A DNA stretch of 64,000 nucleotides from the NCBI GenBank assembly GCA_026023565.1, contig JAPETS010000007.1, positions 124,001-188,000 of the forward strand, in the 5' to 3' direction. This stretch comes from Cirrosporium novae-zelandiae. Lineage: Eukaryota. The position numbers and the translations under genes are program-made. How positions within the stretch are numbered: position 1 is the stretch's first letter; every line of letters begins with the position of its first letter. A model generated the notes under the pieces. It did no database searches. It was not told the origin of the DNA and was given only the letters and a program-made list of their open reading frames with translations. Shown here in pieces: positions 12,771 to 25,915 of the stretch.

Positions 12771-13180
12771 ATACTATGTATCAAATGCCTATGGATCTCA
12801 AATAGAGCCATTCAATTATTAGGCGATACTATCTACCCTCCTTTTTGATCTACCTGGATAGTATAATATCAACGATGCAATTTATAACACAATGGTAGAC
12901 GATGCAGTTTCTCTTCTGTGTACATGGTTAACTATATTGTATGAAAGAATTGGCTTTGACGGGTGACAGATAGCCTTTTAATTACTAGACTAGGGTTCCG
13001 GTAATATTCCAAAAGGGTAAAAAAGCTATGGCCATTAGATATTTCGTCATAACATTATTACTTCCTTCCACTCCACAAAGACAAAGAAAGTACAAGAAAA
13101 CTTTTCGAATCTCAACGACATTACAAAAATTCTTGATGCCAACTATAAGTAGGGCAGGGATATACGGATTTCCTCTCATA

Positions 13181-14047
13181 ATGTTTGCTCGAAGGACGGT
13201 TTGGACCGCCAGACGCCCAGGTTTTATCTGGCGAGCTCTTTCAACCCTGGAAGGCAATAAATCTATAGTTGGTGTCTAAGAACTCATAAATAATGCCCTT
13301 CCCTAAGATAGGTCTGATTTATATCCTACAGTATGTCTTTTTTCATCCCCAGTCACCGAACTTCCACATACTATCCCTGCTTCAACATGACCCCCCAAAC
13401 CCCGAGCTCGCAATTGGAATAACCTCGCGTATTCCGCCAACGCCAGATTCTGTCCAAGAAAACAACCAGTTTTTCCTAATTCTACAAGATGTGATCCGCG
13501 AAAATGCCCAGGACGACCCTCAAGTGCAAGCGCAGGCTCAAGTAATGGCATCAAGTGCCGGATCAGGCCTTGGCTCTGGAAATGCGTTCTTTCCACAGCA
13601 GAGACACCGGAGAAAGGGCTCGAGCTATGGTGGGGGCGGCGACGCAGGAGGGTACTCCGCTAGGAGTGCTAATAAGCAAGGTGACGTTAGGTCTGATGGA
13701 AGAGGAGGATGGATACATATTAGTGATGAGAGGCATATTCCCGACTTTGGAAGGATCGCTGAGTATGTTGAGGTTTTCTGTATATCCTAATCGATGTAGG
13801 AATCATGGCTAATGGAACTTTTAGACCGGAGGATATCTTTGGATCCATCGAAGTTGATGGTTCTGGCCAAATTGTCGGCAATTATCAACCTAGTGGTAAA
13901 ACAATGTCCGCATCAAATGTGACCTGATATCTTATGGCTGACTAGATTATAGGAACCTATAGGTTAATTACTAGGGATGGTATTCTGGGACTCAGCCCAT
14001 TCTTAATGCATAAATTAGTGGAACGGCTGCAGCGCCAAGATACGTAA
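13181..14047 (+). CDS. Fungal hypothetical protein, probably mitochondrial; 3 introns
   Basis: Arg-rich presequence-like N-terminus (MFARRTVWTARR...RALSTL). The spliced frame continues through GGWIHISDERHIPDFGRIAEPEDIFGSIEV and [22 protein letters not shown] to TAA at 14045-14047, all with GT-AG introns. Confidence 0.75.
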
Positions 14048-15237
14048 ACATGAATTCATTAAAATAATACAAACATTCGGGGCCCTATGGGGTATATGGT
14101 CTTCCTGAACATATCTTCTCTGTGCGTACCACGATTGATTTTCTACTATATCATCTTTGATACGAGTTGTGAAGAGCCAACGCTTGGCTCTGCTCTACCG
14201 TGGATACCCTTATATCAGACTCCTCTCTATGAATGACGGATAGTCAGATCCACAAGAACGCTTTCACTCTTTCCCCGCACTCTTCTTCCTGTATATATGT
14301 ATCGTTGTATAACTCCTTTTAGGTACCTAAAAGCACCCTCTCATTGGGATTGAATTTGAACACTTTGAAACGAAAGAAGAATACTGTTTAGCTCCTAGGA
14401 AGCAGCTAAGGACTATCTCAAGACAAGGACACAAACACTAGGGGTTCTATATTAATATAATGGTGGGTGTGTTCCCAGGTATCAATGCAACATAGCCTCT
14501 CTGATCTCTTGTGTGGTTCGTAATTATTTTCTAGGTTTTCGAATATAGGGTGCGTCCTTCCGTTCTTCTGCAGGATGTTCACATTTTAGACGCTTGATAA
14601 GGTAGGGCGCGATTTTGATAACTTTTGACGATAGCGGAAACGCCGGCATCACCTCCCCGAAACACTGATTGACTAGCTACTTTTCTATGTTGATATTAAA
14701 AATCACTGAACTTCTATGTTGAATCCCCTCACGTCTATTCGTGAGGATTTTTGTTCGGATTTTTGGATATTCTGATGTTTTAATTTATTTATAATTGTTA
14801 TTTGCTAAGGTGTTTTCTGCAGCCTCGCTCTATTGCAGCTGGAGCAAAACTCCCATGTTGTCTCATGTTCGTGGAGGCCTGGGGTAGCTAAACATTGGTC
14901 CATTTGAGAGCTCGTGATGCTTGGTATATCTGTTTTGCTATGTGCGGCACAGCCATCCCACTCTCCAGGTCCTCTTGCCCCCCTCTTATGTCTGCATATC
15001 CAACCAATGTTCGATATTTGCCGCCCCGACAACATACTGCGCCGCAACGCAGGGGCAAAAATAGGATTTTGCACCATTAAGACTTGCAGTTATGCAAAAC
15101 TCATTTTTGGCTACTTATGTTCCCTATGTTCAGCATTGATTCTCGATCAATTTCTAAAACGTTATTTTCTTAAACATATTTCAAATACATCACGATCATA
15201 ATACATTGGTGTGTCTACTGCTAGGAAACAATACGCC

Positions 15238-18022
15238 ATGTCTTTGCTAGATGGTCTTTCGACCCCAACTCTTACAGAGGACCTGCCTCTCGATCCAAGT
15301 TTGGCTAAAGAGAAAGACAACCCGGAGAATCTATTTCAGAATACCCAGGAGAGTTCCAACGATCCCAATGAAGAATCACAAGCCGCAGGAAGCGATGAAG
15401 ATGAGATTGGTAAACTCGTCTCGGATGAAGGGGAAAGAATGCTGGCATTTGTGGATGAACTCCGGAAGCTCGACGCGTTTGGCCATATCGATCTCGACCT
15501 CCCTCAGCTAGTGGTTGTCGGCAACACTTCTTCTGGAAAATCTTCCGTACTCCAATCTCTTGTTCGCCTCCCGTATCCTGTTTCTTCAGATCTTTGTACG
15601 AGTTTCGCCACCGAGACGATCATCCGTCGATGCGGTCAATTCGAGCCACCAGGGTTTGAAATTACCATCAAGCCCGGGAAAAACTCCGATGAAACAAGAG
15701 CAAATAAATTGAGGAAGTTCAAGATGAAGTTCAATGATATGGAATGGAATGTGGTCCACGATCGGCTGAAAGATGCCATCACGACAGCCTACAAATTCAT
15801 GTTGCCGAATACAGGCCCCGATGACTCTCAGTTTCGAAACGACTCATCTCGTCCTTCTGATAATAGACCTGACCATGGTGACAGTGCTGCTATAAACTTT
15901 ACATTCCGCAATGCTAGAAACACTTCTAGGTATCCTCTAGATAGCACAGATCAAAATCAACTTTCGATCAACAAAGGGTGTCAATCTAGTAGGAGAAAGC
16001 CGCTGTTGTGTGAAGACGTTATGACGATAACAGTATCGAAGCAATCAAGAGGCTACTTTTCAATCGTGGATATACCTGGACTCCTTCGAGGTAAGCTTCT
16101 ACACTGACGATATGGATTATTCTATGCTAAAATGTATAACAGATGGAGCTTCTGAAGATGTTGCTTTGAGTTATAGCCTTGCCAAAAAATATATTAAGAA
16201 TAAGCGAGCTATTGTTCTGTAAGTAGAATCAATTAGTACTCCTTTCATAAATCAATCCAATTCGACTCGAATGATGCTCTGGAAGCCTTCGCAGACAATT
16301 AGCAACGGCTTGGTATACCAAGGCAACAGACGTCTTTAAATCTTAGAGGCCATCGAGTGATGCTGACAAAACATTACGTTTAATGGGCTTATTGCGAGCT
16401 TTGACAGGGAGAATAGATAATGTCTGACACATTCCAGGGCTGTTGTGCATGCGGCCGACGCTACGAGCAACCAGGGTATGGTCATTTCTCCTTTGAGATG
16501 CCTTTTCAACTGATTGTTTTTGTAGAGGTGTTGAGTTTGATTCATGAGCAAGCCGCAAATAAAGCTGACTTGAGGACCGTTGGAGTTGTTACAAAACTGG
16601 ATAGAGTAGAGTTAGGTGACCAGAGTCCTGTAAGCCTCGATTTGCAATTACACATATTTAGTACGGTCTCTCATCAGCTCTACGTAGATTCTTGAACTTT
16701 TATCTAATCGACAACTTTCATATCACTTCCTGAAATGTGGCTGGTTTGCCGTGAAGAACCGTTCCACCAAAGACATCGAAAACGACATCACATTCGCTAC
16801 CCGCGATGAAAATGAGCAAAGTTTCTTCAATGAACCACCTTGGTGCAACATTGACAAGAATTTTGCCGGTATCGGAAATCTCAAACAAGCTCTTTCTCGC
16901 AGGCTTCATCAGAAGGTTCGAGAGGAATTCCCTGTGCTGATTGATGAAATGAGACAGAAACTATCTGCCGCTAAGTTGCAGTTGGAGGAAATGGGCTGCG
17001 CTCGGGACAATCCTCGGATCCAAAGGATCTACTTATCCAATATTCAGAGGACCTATGAAACTCTCACGTCTGATTGGCTCACTGGCAACTATCTTCCAGG
17101 AATAACTGGAGACCACCCGTCAAAATTGAGATATCGCGTAGAAGGTGCATCCGATGATTTCGAAACTATCATGTGCAGGGAAGGATTGCGGTTCTCATTT
17201 CGATCCATGGAGCAGGATCTTGAAGAATTCCGCACCCTTGAACCATCATCATGGGAGCAAGAGCTGCTAAACTCACCAGGAGTCTACTCATGGATTTTGA
17301 AAACCTGTAAAGATCTACGTGGGAAGGAACCCCGTTTTGATGCACCATACGGTACCAAGCAAGTCCTATTTCGAGAGCAGACAGTCGCCTGGGAGAAACT
17401 TTCATATGATTATCTGAACAAAGTTAAGCAATTAGTATATGACTGTAATGATGTTCTATGGGAAGAAGCCTGTCCTGAGATGGATGTAAGACGACGGATC
17501 CAGGCACAATTGATCATCCCGATGGAGTGCGCTATCACTAGAGCATATGAGGAATTGGAGAAGCTTCTTGAAGATAAGAACCAGGTGCTGCAGACCCGAA
17601 ATCCTATGGTAGCTAATCACCCGTCGATTCGAGATCAGTTAGTAGCCTGGAACATTGAAGACTGGGGAAGAAGAGGAAGAGAAGGCGCCCCGGTGTCAGC
17701 CCCCGAACTAGCAAATACTCTCAAAGTTCAAGGGGCTATGCGGACGGTTTTGGACTTAAGGGATTGGCTAAAAGCCTTTGGGGAGGTTGCAATGTGGAGA
17801 TGGATCGATGATTGCTTGGTACAGGTGGTTGAAAGGCATCTCTTGTCCCTGCGAGGCCCTCTTCGAGTTTTCAGTGCAGATTGGGTGAACGGGCTGAGCG
17901 ATGCGGAACTCGACAGTCTTGTGGGAGAGGATAATGAGACCAAGGAGAGAAGAAAACGTCTAGAAGAAAGGGTTATTACCTTGGATAAGGCTATATTGGA
18001 TGCTGTAAAATTGATGCGTTAG
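15238..18022 (+). CDS. Dynamin-superfamily GTPase of the fungal non-core/Mx-like type, with middle domain and GED; 4 introns
   Basis: LPQLVVVGNTSSGKSSVL (G1), LCTSFATE (G2), IVDIPG (G3), RTVGVVTKLD (G4) and GWFAVKNR. The C-terminus is GED-like (QVVERHLL...LSDAELDSLVGED..TKERRKRLE). Exons splice in frame. Confidence 0.9.
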
Positions 18023-18220
18023 CTAGGTTTACTTGAAAACTGTTTATTTGCAATAATTATATCTGGGTATTGTTTGTACTATGTAAAGCAACAACTCATA
18101 GCCTGATAATACATAGTCTGCGAGGCGTTATACTTTATGCCTTAAAAACTAGGCAACAACAGTCGTGCTGACTACTTTTGTCTTCGCTATTGCGAATTTA
18201 TCCCTCGTATCAGGTCCCTG

Positions 18221-19214
18221 ATGCCTTCTCAACCGCCTCGCCAGGCTCCAAATATTAAGAACGTAGTTCTAGGCGACGTGTTAATCGAGAGCTGGTATCC
18301 TTGCTACTATCCCAATGATGTCGTCGGCCGCGAGACGATTAACAGATTGTATGTCTGTAAGTGGTGCTTCAAGTACACCAAGGATCCCACCACCTTCCTT
18401 GGACATACCGTATGTTTAGTCTCTTCCTAGCACTCTTTACATATATAGACTACAGAAAACAAACTATCTAACCCTAACCAAGAAGTTTTGTCCTTTGAAA
18501 GATGAACCTCCACCTGGGGAACTTATCTACACGCAACCTACCCATTCGATCTACCTTCTCGACGGTGCTACGGAAACTCTCTTTGCCCAAAACCTCTCCC
18601 TCTTCGCGAAGCTATTCCTCGATAACAAGTCTGTCTTTTTCGATGTCGCAGCCTTCACCTATCATTTACTAGTGCTTCATTCACCCTCCGCTTCACCCCA
18701 CCCTCAACATCAAATCGTTGGGTTCTTCAGCAAGGAAAAACTTTCCTGGGATAATAACAATCTTGCTTGCATTTTAGTATTTCCGCCTTTCCAGCGCCGA
18801 GGTCTCGGCAAGATCCTCATGGGAATTTCCTATGCTCTTTCTCGGCGTGAACATGGCGTCGGAGGTCCCGAGAAACCTCTCTCGGAGATGGGGAGGAAGA
18901 GCTACACGGCTTTTTGGACATGCGAGGTTGCTAGATATGTGTTGGAGAATACCTCGGGAAAAAAAACAGTGGTGGGAGTGAAGGATATTAGCAAAGAGAC
19001 AGGGTTGGTGGTGGAGGATGTCATAACCGCGTTGAAGGAAATGGGCGTGGGAGAGGAAATAGGCAATGTGGGCAAAGAGGACAAGCTTGTTATCAAGAAA
19101 TCGGAGATTGGGGAGTGGGTTCACAAGAACAACATGGACTTGACGCCGCCGGTGGACACGGATGGGTTTGTCGGGAACTGGGGACTACCTATTGAGGAGG
19201 AAATGGATGAGTGA
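18221..19214 (+). CDS. SAS2: MYST-family histone acetyltransferase, Sas2-like; 1 intron
   Basis: C2HC finger LYVCKWCFKY...H..C, QNLSLFAKLFLDNKS, VGFFSKEK, NNLACILVFPPFQRRGLG and GGPEKPLSEMG. No chromodomain or PHD, which fits Sas2. Confidence 0.85.
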
Positions 19215-20249
19215 AGGCAAACGAGGTATCTGGCCATTTCATCCACCTATCACCCTCATGTCGGTCTCGAAGGACAACCAGGCCAATCAAGGTCAACCAA
19301 AGCATCAGCGGGAACTATGGGAACCCCCATACCGAAGATATCGAGACAACTATTTTCACTCAACCTGCGGTTAATAAGATCCTAGCCAATTACCCTTCCT
19401 ACTAGTCAAATGACCCCCGACCTTGTTGATATAGAACTTCAAGACCTGTTCACTATCACCTTTGACATAGTTTTGCTTTCGCAACGAACAAACAAGAAAA
19501 GGCTGCTTACTAGTATCACTAATACAATACCCAGCCACTCCCCCAATCTTTCTTGACCCAGGAATCTTCACATGGCCTCTCGCATCAGAAAATCAGCCGG
19601 AGTTTCATCATCATCAAGGCGACTAACCGAACCAGTATTACCGAAAGAAATTTGAACATCATCCCCCGACTTTCTTCCTTTTAAGTGGCCCCCCCAAGCC
19701 CAAGCGAAGAGCGGATTGTGGTGGAACCTATCTATGATAGATACCCGCCGTTATTATCAATTCATATTTAGGTGGAATATGCTTGGCTTTGCTGCTGCTG
19801 CTTGGATAAGGAAGGGATAGAGTAGGACTATTTGAAGCAATTCTTAAATCTGGAAGATGGCTGACTGTGGTCCTTTCTCTCTTGAATGCTCTTGATAGTG
19901 AATTCCTTTTACACATATTTAGAGGGAGATTGCCTTCTGAGGTTAACGTGGTTGGTTAGGATCAGGTAGTGGATCGTTTTTCTACTCATTTCTGTCGTCT
20001 AGAAATCTACGAATAAGAGACCTGAATGGCTTTCATATACATAGAAAATAAGAAATAGAAACCTGTGAATCTTTTGTCTAAATGGGGGGGGGCATTATCA
20101 TCTAGATTATCATTGCTCATAAGTTTCTTCAACTGATGTTGTACAACAGGGAATCTAGCTGACTGTACAACAAAGTACTTTTTCATTTATTTTTTTTACG
20201 TCTGGTTAGCGAACCATGTAGGTGTGTAGGTTTGGTGATATGCTCTTAT

Positions 20250-22263
20250 TTATTCCGGCCCACCCGCACCCGGTGGCCCCTGGGTGCCCATCTGCCGAGC
20301 CTTCAGTAGCTCGTCGCAGAGAAGGAGGTTCGATGCTATTCCTGTGCTTGAGGCAATACAGTTTCTCAAGACCCGGAAGGAGTCATAGACGCCTCGTTGG
20401 ACGGGGTCCATTGGTGTGCCATCCTTGAGGTCAAGACCTACGATGTTGCCTTCGGTTTGTTCGTCTTGGAGAGCCGCCACTAGATATATCATATATACGA
20501 ATTAGCAATGGGGTTTAGAGTTGAGAGAGATTGGGATGGAGAGATGTTGAGCTTACAAGAATCCTGGATATCGAGACCGGCGTTCGCAGCGAGTGTTTTG
20601 GGGATGACGAGAAGGGCGTCGGCAAATGCAGAGACTCCTGATTTCGCTTTGCCCTTGACGGTTCTACGGAATGCCTCGCTTTCGAGATGTGCCGCACATG
20701 CAATCTGGAAGGCTCCAGCTCCCGGAACGACGCTCTTGTCCACAATCATGTTGTACACGCTTCTTAGGCCATCGCGTACGGCATCTTTGATTTGTGTGAT
20801 GGTGTGAGCATTTGGACCTTTAATCATCAGTGTTACGGATTTAGGATCTTTGACATCTTCAACGAAAGTGAATTTCTCTTCGCCCAATTGATGCTCGTAT
20901 ACTAGACCCGCCCAACCAAGGACTTCAGGGCTCAAGTCGTCTGCACTATTCTGGGCGCTTCCACCGCATACAAGCTGCAGACGCTCCATATTTCTCCTTT
21001 TTGCCCTTCGCAGGGCGAGAATGCCGTTCTTTGCTAGCACATCCAAACTTAGGGGATCAATGCCTTTTTGATTGATAACCACAAAATTCTTCTTTGGGTC
21101 GTCACCACAGACCTCTTTTTTCAATTCCACAATTTTGGCCAGCTTGTCATCAACAAATCTCCTTTCGGACTCCACTAGCTTATCTCGTTGCTCGGCACTT
21201 GAGTAAAAGAACCCTGAATTGATTTCCGATTTCTCGTATTCTAGGCTTACATTCAGGGTAAGGATAAATGCATTCTCGGCTCGTTTAGGCATATCTGGAT
21301 GTCGGGCACCGTGGTCGAGAGCGAGGCCTTTGATTAACTGTGTATCAGATGCTGTTCGGTGCTGCATGGTCATTATTTCAATCATGTAAAGATCAGGTTT
21401 CTCAGGAGGACGGTATATAGCTAGGACTGCGTCAACAATGGCGGGAGTGAGTTGTTCCGCAAGAGTTGCATTTAGTTTTGTGGAGAGGGAGGTGCGGGCG
21501 ACAGAGAGGAGAAGTTCGCGGTCGGGTTCACGATTGAGTTTGAAGGTATCAAGGAACTGGGTTGCCGATATGGTCAACTTCAGCATTCATAAAAGGTAGT
21601 AAGGGCGAGATGATTACCTTTAGGGCTTCTGTTTTTGCTATCTCATACCCATCCGTGATTATACGAGGGTGTAGGCCTTCTTGAATGTATCGATCTGCTT
21701 GTTTCAAAAGTTCCCCAACCAACAGAACAACGGACGTTGTCCCGTCTCCTGTAATGTCATCCTGTGCTGTAGCCGCCCTTGCAATCATCACCTGGATATA
21801 TTAGATTTGAGTTAAGTTGGAAGAGTGAGACCGAATATACAGCAGTGGGGTTTTGTATTTGCTACAAATAATTAGTAAGGTTCTGGGTTTTAGACAGTTG
21901 ACGGATTACCATTTCTCTCAGTAAAACATTTCCATCTTTTGTCAATTTAATCTATAATATATCATAAGCTCGAAGTCGTGTCACAGCTTAAGGACAACCT
22001 ACAGAGCCAGCCCCATCTACAAGCCTATATCAGGTTAGGATCGCATATCGTAACGACTTGTCCAAGTATCTTACATCTTGATTGTACCCATAGGTCCCAG
22101 ATTTGACTTGAGGACATCTTGTAATCCTTCTCCGGCGCTGATATTGACCTTCAAGGCCTCACCCCGTCGCTATCTGAGAGTCAGTATATTTTTCTTAGTT
22201 AGGGCTGTAAGAGATGTGTACCCTTGACTCAGCTTTAGGGTTGAGAAGCTGTGCTGCTGACAT
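20250..22263 (-). CDS. CCT6: Chaperonin CCT/TRiC subunit zeta (several short 5' exons)
   Basis: Starts [20 protein letters not shown]; contains [42 protein letters not shown] and [10 protein letters not shown]. Confidence 0.97.
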
Positions 22264-22729
22264 ATTTCCAGTATCTCCTATGAAAAGGAAAACGAGGGGA
22301 TCGTTTTAATCAAACAAAGGAGGAAGTTATGGAACGAAGAGAGGTGAATGTGAATTTTGGGTATTCTCAACCTTTGAGCTTCTGCGGAAAAAATTCACTA
22401 GGCTAGAAATGGAAATAGTGGCTACTGACGTTGCCCTCAGATTACAATACTGAGTTGATACGTTGATATTAACTGCGATAGAAAATATTTGGGGGTGTCA
22501 AAATAATGTACTAAAACCTTACTTAATAGGCTTAGCTCCAAAATTGCAAAACCCACTGCCACTGGTTGGAAGCGAAAGTTCTCAAAAATCTCGAAGCTCC
22601 AGAGCACCGACGACAATTTTATTCGCGACCGTCAACCTCATTCTGCCATGACTTCTTAAAGCTGGCACGTTTAATTCAAATTCTCCCACGTCGTCCAACA
22701 TTTCAACGATCTATAATTCTTCTATAGTC

Positions 22730-24339
22730 ATGGCCGATTATTTACTTCATGAAGCCCCAATGGGGTACTCTCTCTTCCAGGTCATCCATCAGGCGGACAC
22801 AGTAGGAAATCGATTGAAAGAGGTTCAAGAAAGTGTACGCGACCTTGCGAAATTTGGCAAGATGGTTCGCATTGCCAGTTTTCTGCCATTCGAGTAAGAA
22901 CACGACTCATTTCTGAATTTTGGAATATAATTTGCTGAGAGGTTCATAGGGATGGCCAACAAGCTCTTCAAGAGGTTAATAACATATCAGAAGGGATTTG
23001 CTCCGACTTTCTTACCTCATTCCTTGAATTAAACCTGCCAAAAGCCGGGAAAAAGAACAAGGTCGTCCTGGGAGTGGCAGACAAGAACCTAGCAAGCAGT
23101 ATTAAAGCTGGTTTCCCTAAGCTAGACTGCGAAACTAGTGATACAAGCGAGGTCGTTGCAGACATGTTGCGAGGCATCCGTACCCACGATTCAAAGCTAC
23201 TTAAACAGCTCCAATCTACTGACATGACAACTGCACACCTTGGTCTTGGCCATGCTTATTCAAGAGCTAAAGTCAAGTTCAGCGTCCAGAAGAATGACAA
23301 TCATATTATTCAGGCTATTGCTACTTTGGATCATCTAGATAAGGCAGTTAATACCTTTTCGATGCGTATACGAGAATGGTATTCATGGCATTTCCCAGAG
23401 CTCATTCGGATTGTTCCCGATAATCAGCAATACGCTAGAGTTGCACTTTTTGTTGGCGACAAGAACAATCTCACAGATGACCAATTACATGACCTAGCTG
23501 TCGTTGTGGATGAAGATGAAGGGATTGCGCAGAGCATCATTAACGTAGCAAAAACAAGTATGGGTCGAGAAATCTCAGATGCAGACATGGAAAATGTCAT
23601 GTCCTTTGCAAAACGTGTTGTCAGTTTGTCTGCCTTCAAAAAGTCTCTATCCCAGTACTTGGTTGATAAGATGGGCGTCGTTGCACCAAACCTTGCAGCT
23701 CTTATTGGAGAACCGGTTGCTGCACGATTGATCTCACACGCTGGTAGCTTGACCAATCTTTCTAAATATCCGGCATCTACTGTTCAGATTCTTGGTGCAG
23801 AGAAGGCGCTGTTCCGAGCGCTGAAAACCAAAGGAAACACGCCCAAATATGGACTTATCTACCACTCCTCATTCATTGGACGTGCTGGCCAGAAGAACAA
23901 GGGCCGTATATCTAGATTCCTCGCCAACAAGTGCTCCATTGCGTCCCGAGTAGACAACTTCTCCGAACAGCCTACGACAGAATTCGGTAAAGCCCTGAGG
24001 AGACAGGTAGAAGAACGGTTAGAGTTTTACGCCACTGGCGCTCCTCCAACTAAAAATGTGGATGCAATGGTATGTATATCTCATTATTGTTCAATAATCC
24101 TACATCTACTAATATCCGCTTAGAAAAGTGCCATGGACAAAGTTTTAGCAGATATGGGCGAGGCCGACCCAATTGCAGATGCTATCAATGAAGAGAAGGA
24201 TCAAGATAAGGAGAAGAGGTCGAAGAAAGACAAGACTAAAGATGAAAGCGGTGAAAAGAAGAAGAAGAAGCGGAAGCATTCGGACGTCAATGGAGAACTT
24301 GAAGGGGAGAAAAAGAAAAAGAAGAAAGGCAAGAAATAG
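22730..24339 (+). CDS. NOP56: Box C/D snoRNP protein Nop56 (Sik1); 2 introns
   Basis: [56 protein letters not shown] and [16 protein letters not shown]; Lys-rich tail. Confidence 0.96.
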
Positions 24340-24883
24340 TTGATTGTTCTATAGGCGCTTTATGGGTTACCCTTACATGCCGCAATGAACTCTAACGCAA
24401 ATTCCAAGGGTCAAGAGGGCTTGGATTGTATAGGACGATTGCAGTGAAACTACGAGGCATCCGACATCAGCACTTAAATTATCTATAAAAGCATGTGTCC
24501 TGAGTTTGGACTTTTGATTGAGATCGCTCAGGGGATCTAAAGGGAAATCGATGCTAATCTCTTGCGGGCGTTCTAGGAACAATGTAAAGGGTATTATGAA
24601 AAATGGTGTTTACATATCCAGGGATGATTGACTGTATTAGACGTGAATGCTAAGAAAATACTAGTATAAGGTATCATTAATACCAAAACATCATGTCTTC
24701 ATGGTTCCCTTCTCAAAGAATTTAACATCGTAATTTCATAAATGTATAATGAATGAACCGTCACACATAACAATGCTCGCTCTATCCAACCGCTTAGAAA
24801 ACAATTTCAGTTTTCGTGTGGGCTTCCTGATACGCGTTTACATAGCCCTGCGAGCGTTGACTTAGCCTTCATGTGGGCACTGG

Positions 24884-25915
24884 TCATGTAGATTCACCGA
24901 AATTATAGTGCCCCGTCGTCTTTGCATGTTCCGTAGCCTCTTTTTCTCCTATAAAAACCCCTCCACAGTCATTGCAACGAATGGTAAAATTTGCAGTATC
25001 GGTATAATAGTGCCGCTGTTGTAGAATTCTACATAAATCCAAGGACTTCTCCAATACTTCCTGGTCGGCAGGATCAAAAACTTTCAGATCGCAGTCTGGA
25101 GGTAGGATAGCATGATCAAATGGATATTCACTTTTCGAAAGAGCAATTGTGTCATAATGAATTCCAGAGTACACGACTATGCATCGTGGGGACCTGCCCT
25201 CGTTATATTTGTCCACTCGAAGGGTCTGCACATCAATTGAACATATTTCCATGCCGAAATACTGACTCAATATCCCAAGCTCAATTGCCCCGCCCCATGA
25301 ATCGGGTCTCTGTATCCAACGACAGTAGTCATCGGGAGACTTCTCAAGGACCACTTTCGTATATTTGTCAGGCTGCTCTTGAATGACCTGGGCAATGACG
25401 GAGCGCAGCTCAGTTACACCATCAAATTCATTACCTAGAAGGGCAGTGCTCAAAGCTCTGAAGAGACAGGAGTTATCATCGGGCATGACCCGGAGAACAA
25501 TGGTACCTTCTTGGGAGGGCATAGGAACTTCTGGAGGATCAGAAGATGAAGGGTCTACTACAGACCTGGGTTTGGATTGTGTGGGAACAGGAGGCGTTAT
25601 ATGCGGGGGTTTGGTAGTGGTCGAAGGTGTATTTTCTTCGACTTTTGATGCCGTGGATACTAGCAGTGAAGACTCTTTGAGGTCTTTTGGAGAGACAAGC
25701 AACTGCTCTCCATCTAGCTTGACGGCCAAATCAGAAAGAACCGTTGAAGGGTCGTAATGACTAAGGTCGAGAGGTTTTGGAGGATATCCATATTTGAGAT
25801 TAAAATCTTGAACGCCAGCTTGTTTGGTTATGTCTGACCGTAACTCATCGATCGTGGCACTGCCCTCGATGTTGATGGTGCTTTGCCCTAAAGGGCCTCG
25901 GACTCGGATACGCAT
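24884..25915 (-). CDS. OTU1: OTU-family deubiquitinase Otu1/YOD1
   Basis: N-terminal UBX-like domain (KYGYPPKPL), MPDDNSCLF, WGGAIEL, YSGIHYD and a C-terminal zinc finger (CNDC...HAKTTGH). Confidence 0.95.
   Translation of the reverse strand: MRIRVRGPLGQSTINIEGSATIDELRSDITKQAGVQDFNLKYGYPPKPLDLSHYDPSTVLSDLAVKLDGEQLLVSPKDLKESSLLVSTASKVEENTPSTTTKPPHITPPVPTQSKPRSVVDPSSSDPPEVPMPSQEGTIVLRVMPDDNSCLFRALSTALLGNEFDGVTELRSVIAQVIQEQPDKYTKVVLEKSPDDYCRWIQRPDSWGGAIELGILSQYFGMEICSIDVQTLRVDKYNEGRSPRCIVVYSGIHYDTIALSKSEYPFDHAILPPDCDLKVFDPADQEVLEKSLDLCRILQQRHYYTDTANFTIRCNDCGGVFIGEKEATEHAKTTGHYNFGEST

Noticed and set aside
14805..15201. Short ORFs upstream of the dynamin gene as a partner gene
   Set aside because: No motifs or plausible gene structure; they look like chance ORFs.
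18465..18480. Telomere-like ctaaccctaacc
   Set aside because: Only two units, and they coincide with an intron branch point.
22264..22729. RRPE-like gaaaaaattc and recurring TAAGC/GCTTA strings in divergent promoters
   Set aside because: Short and degenerate; enrichment cannot be shown without computation.
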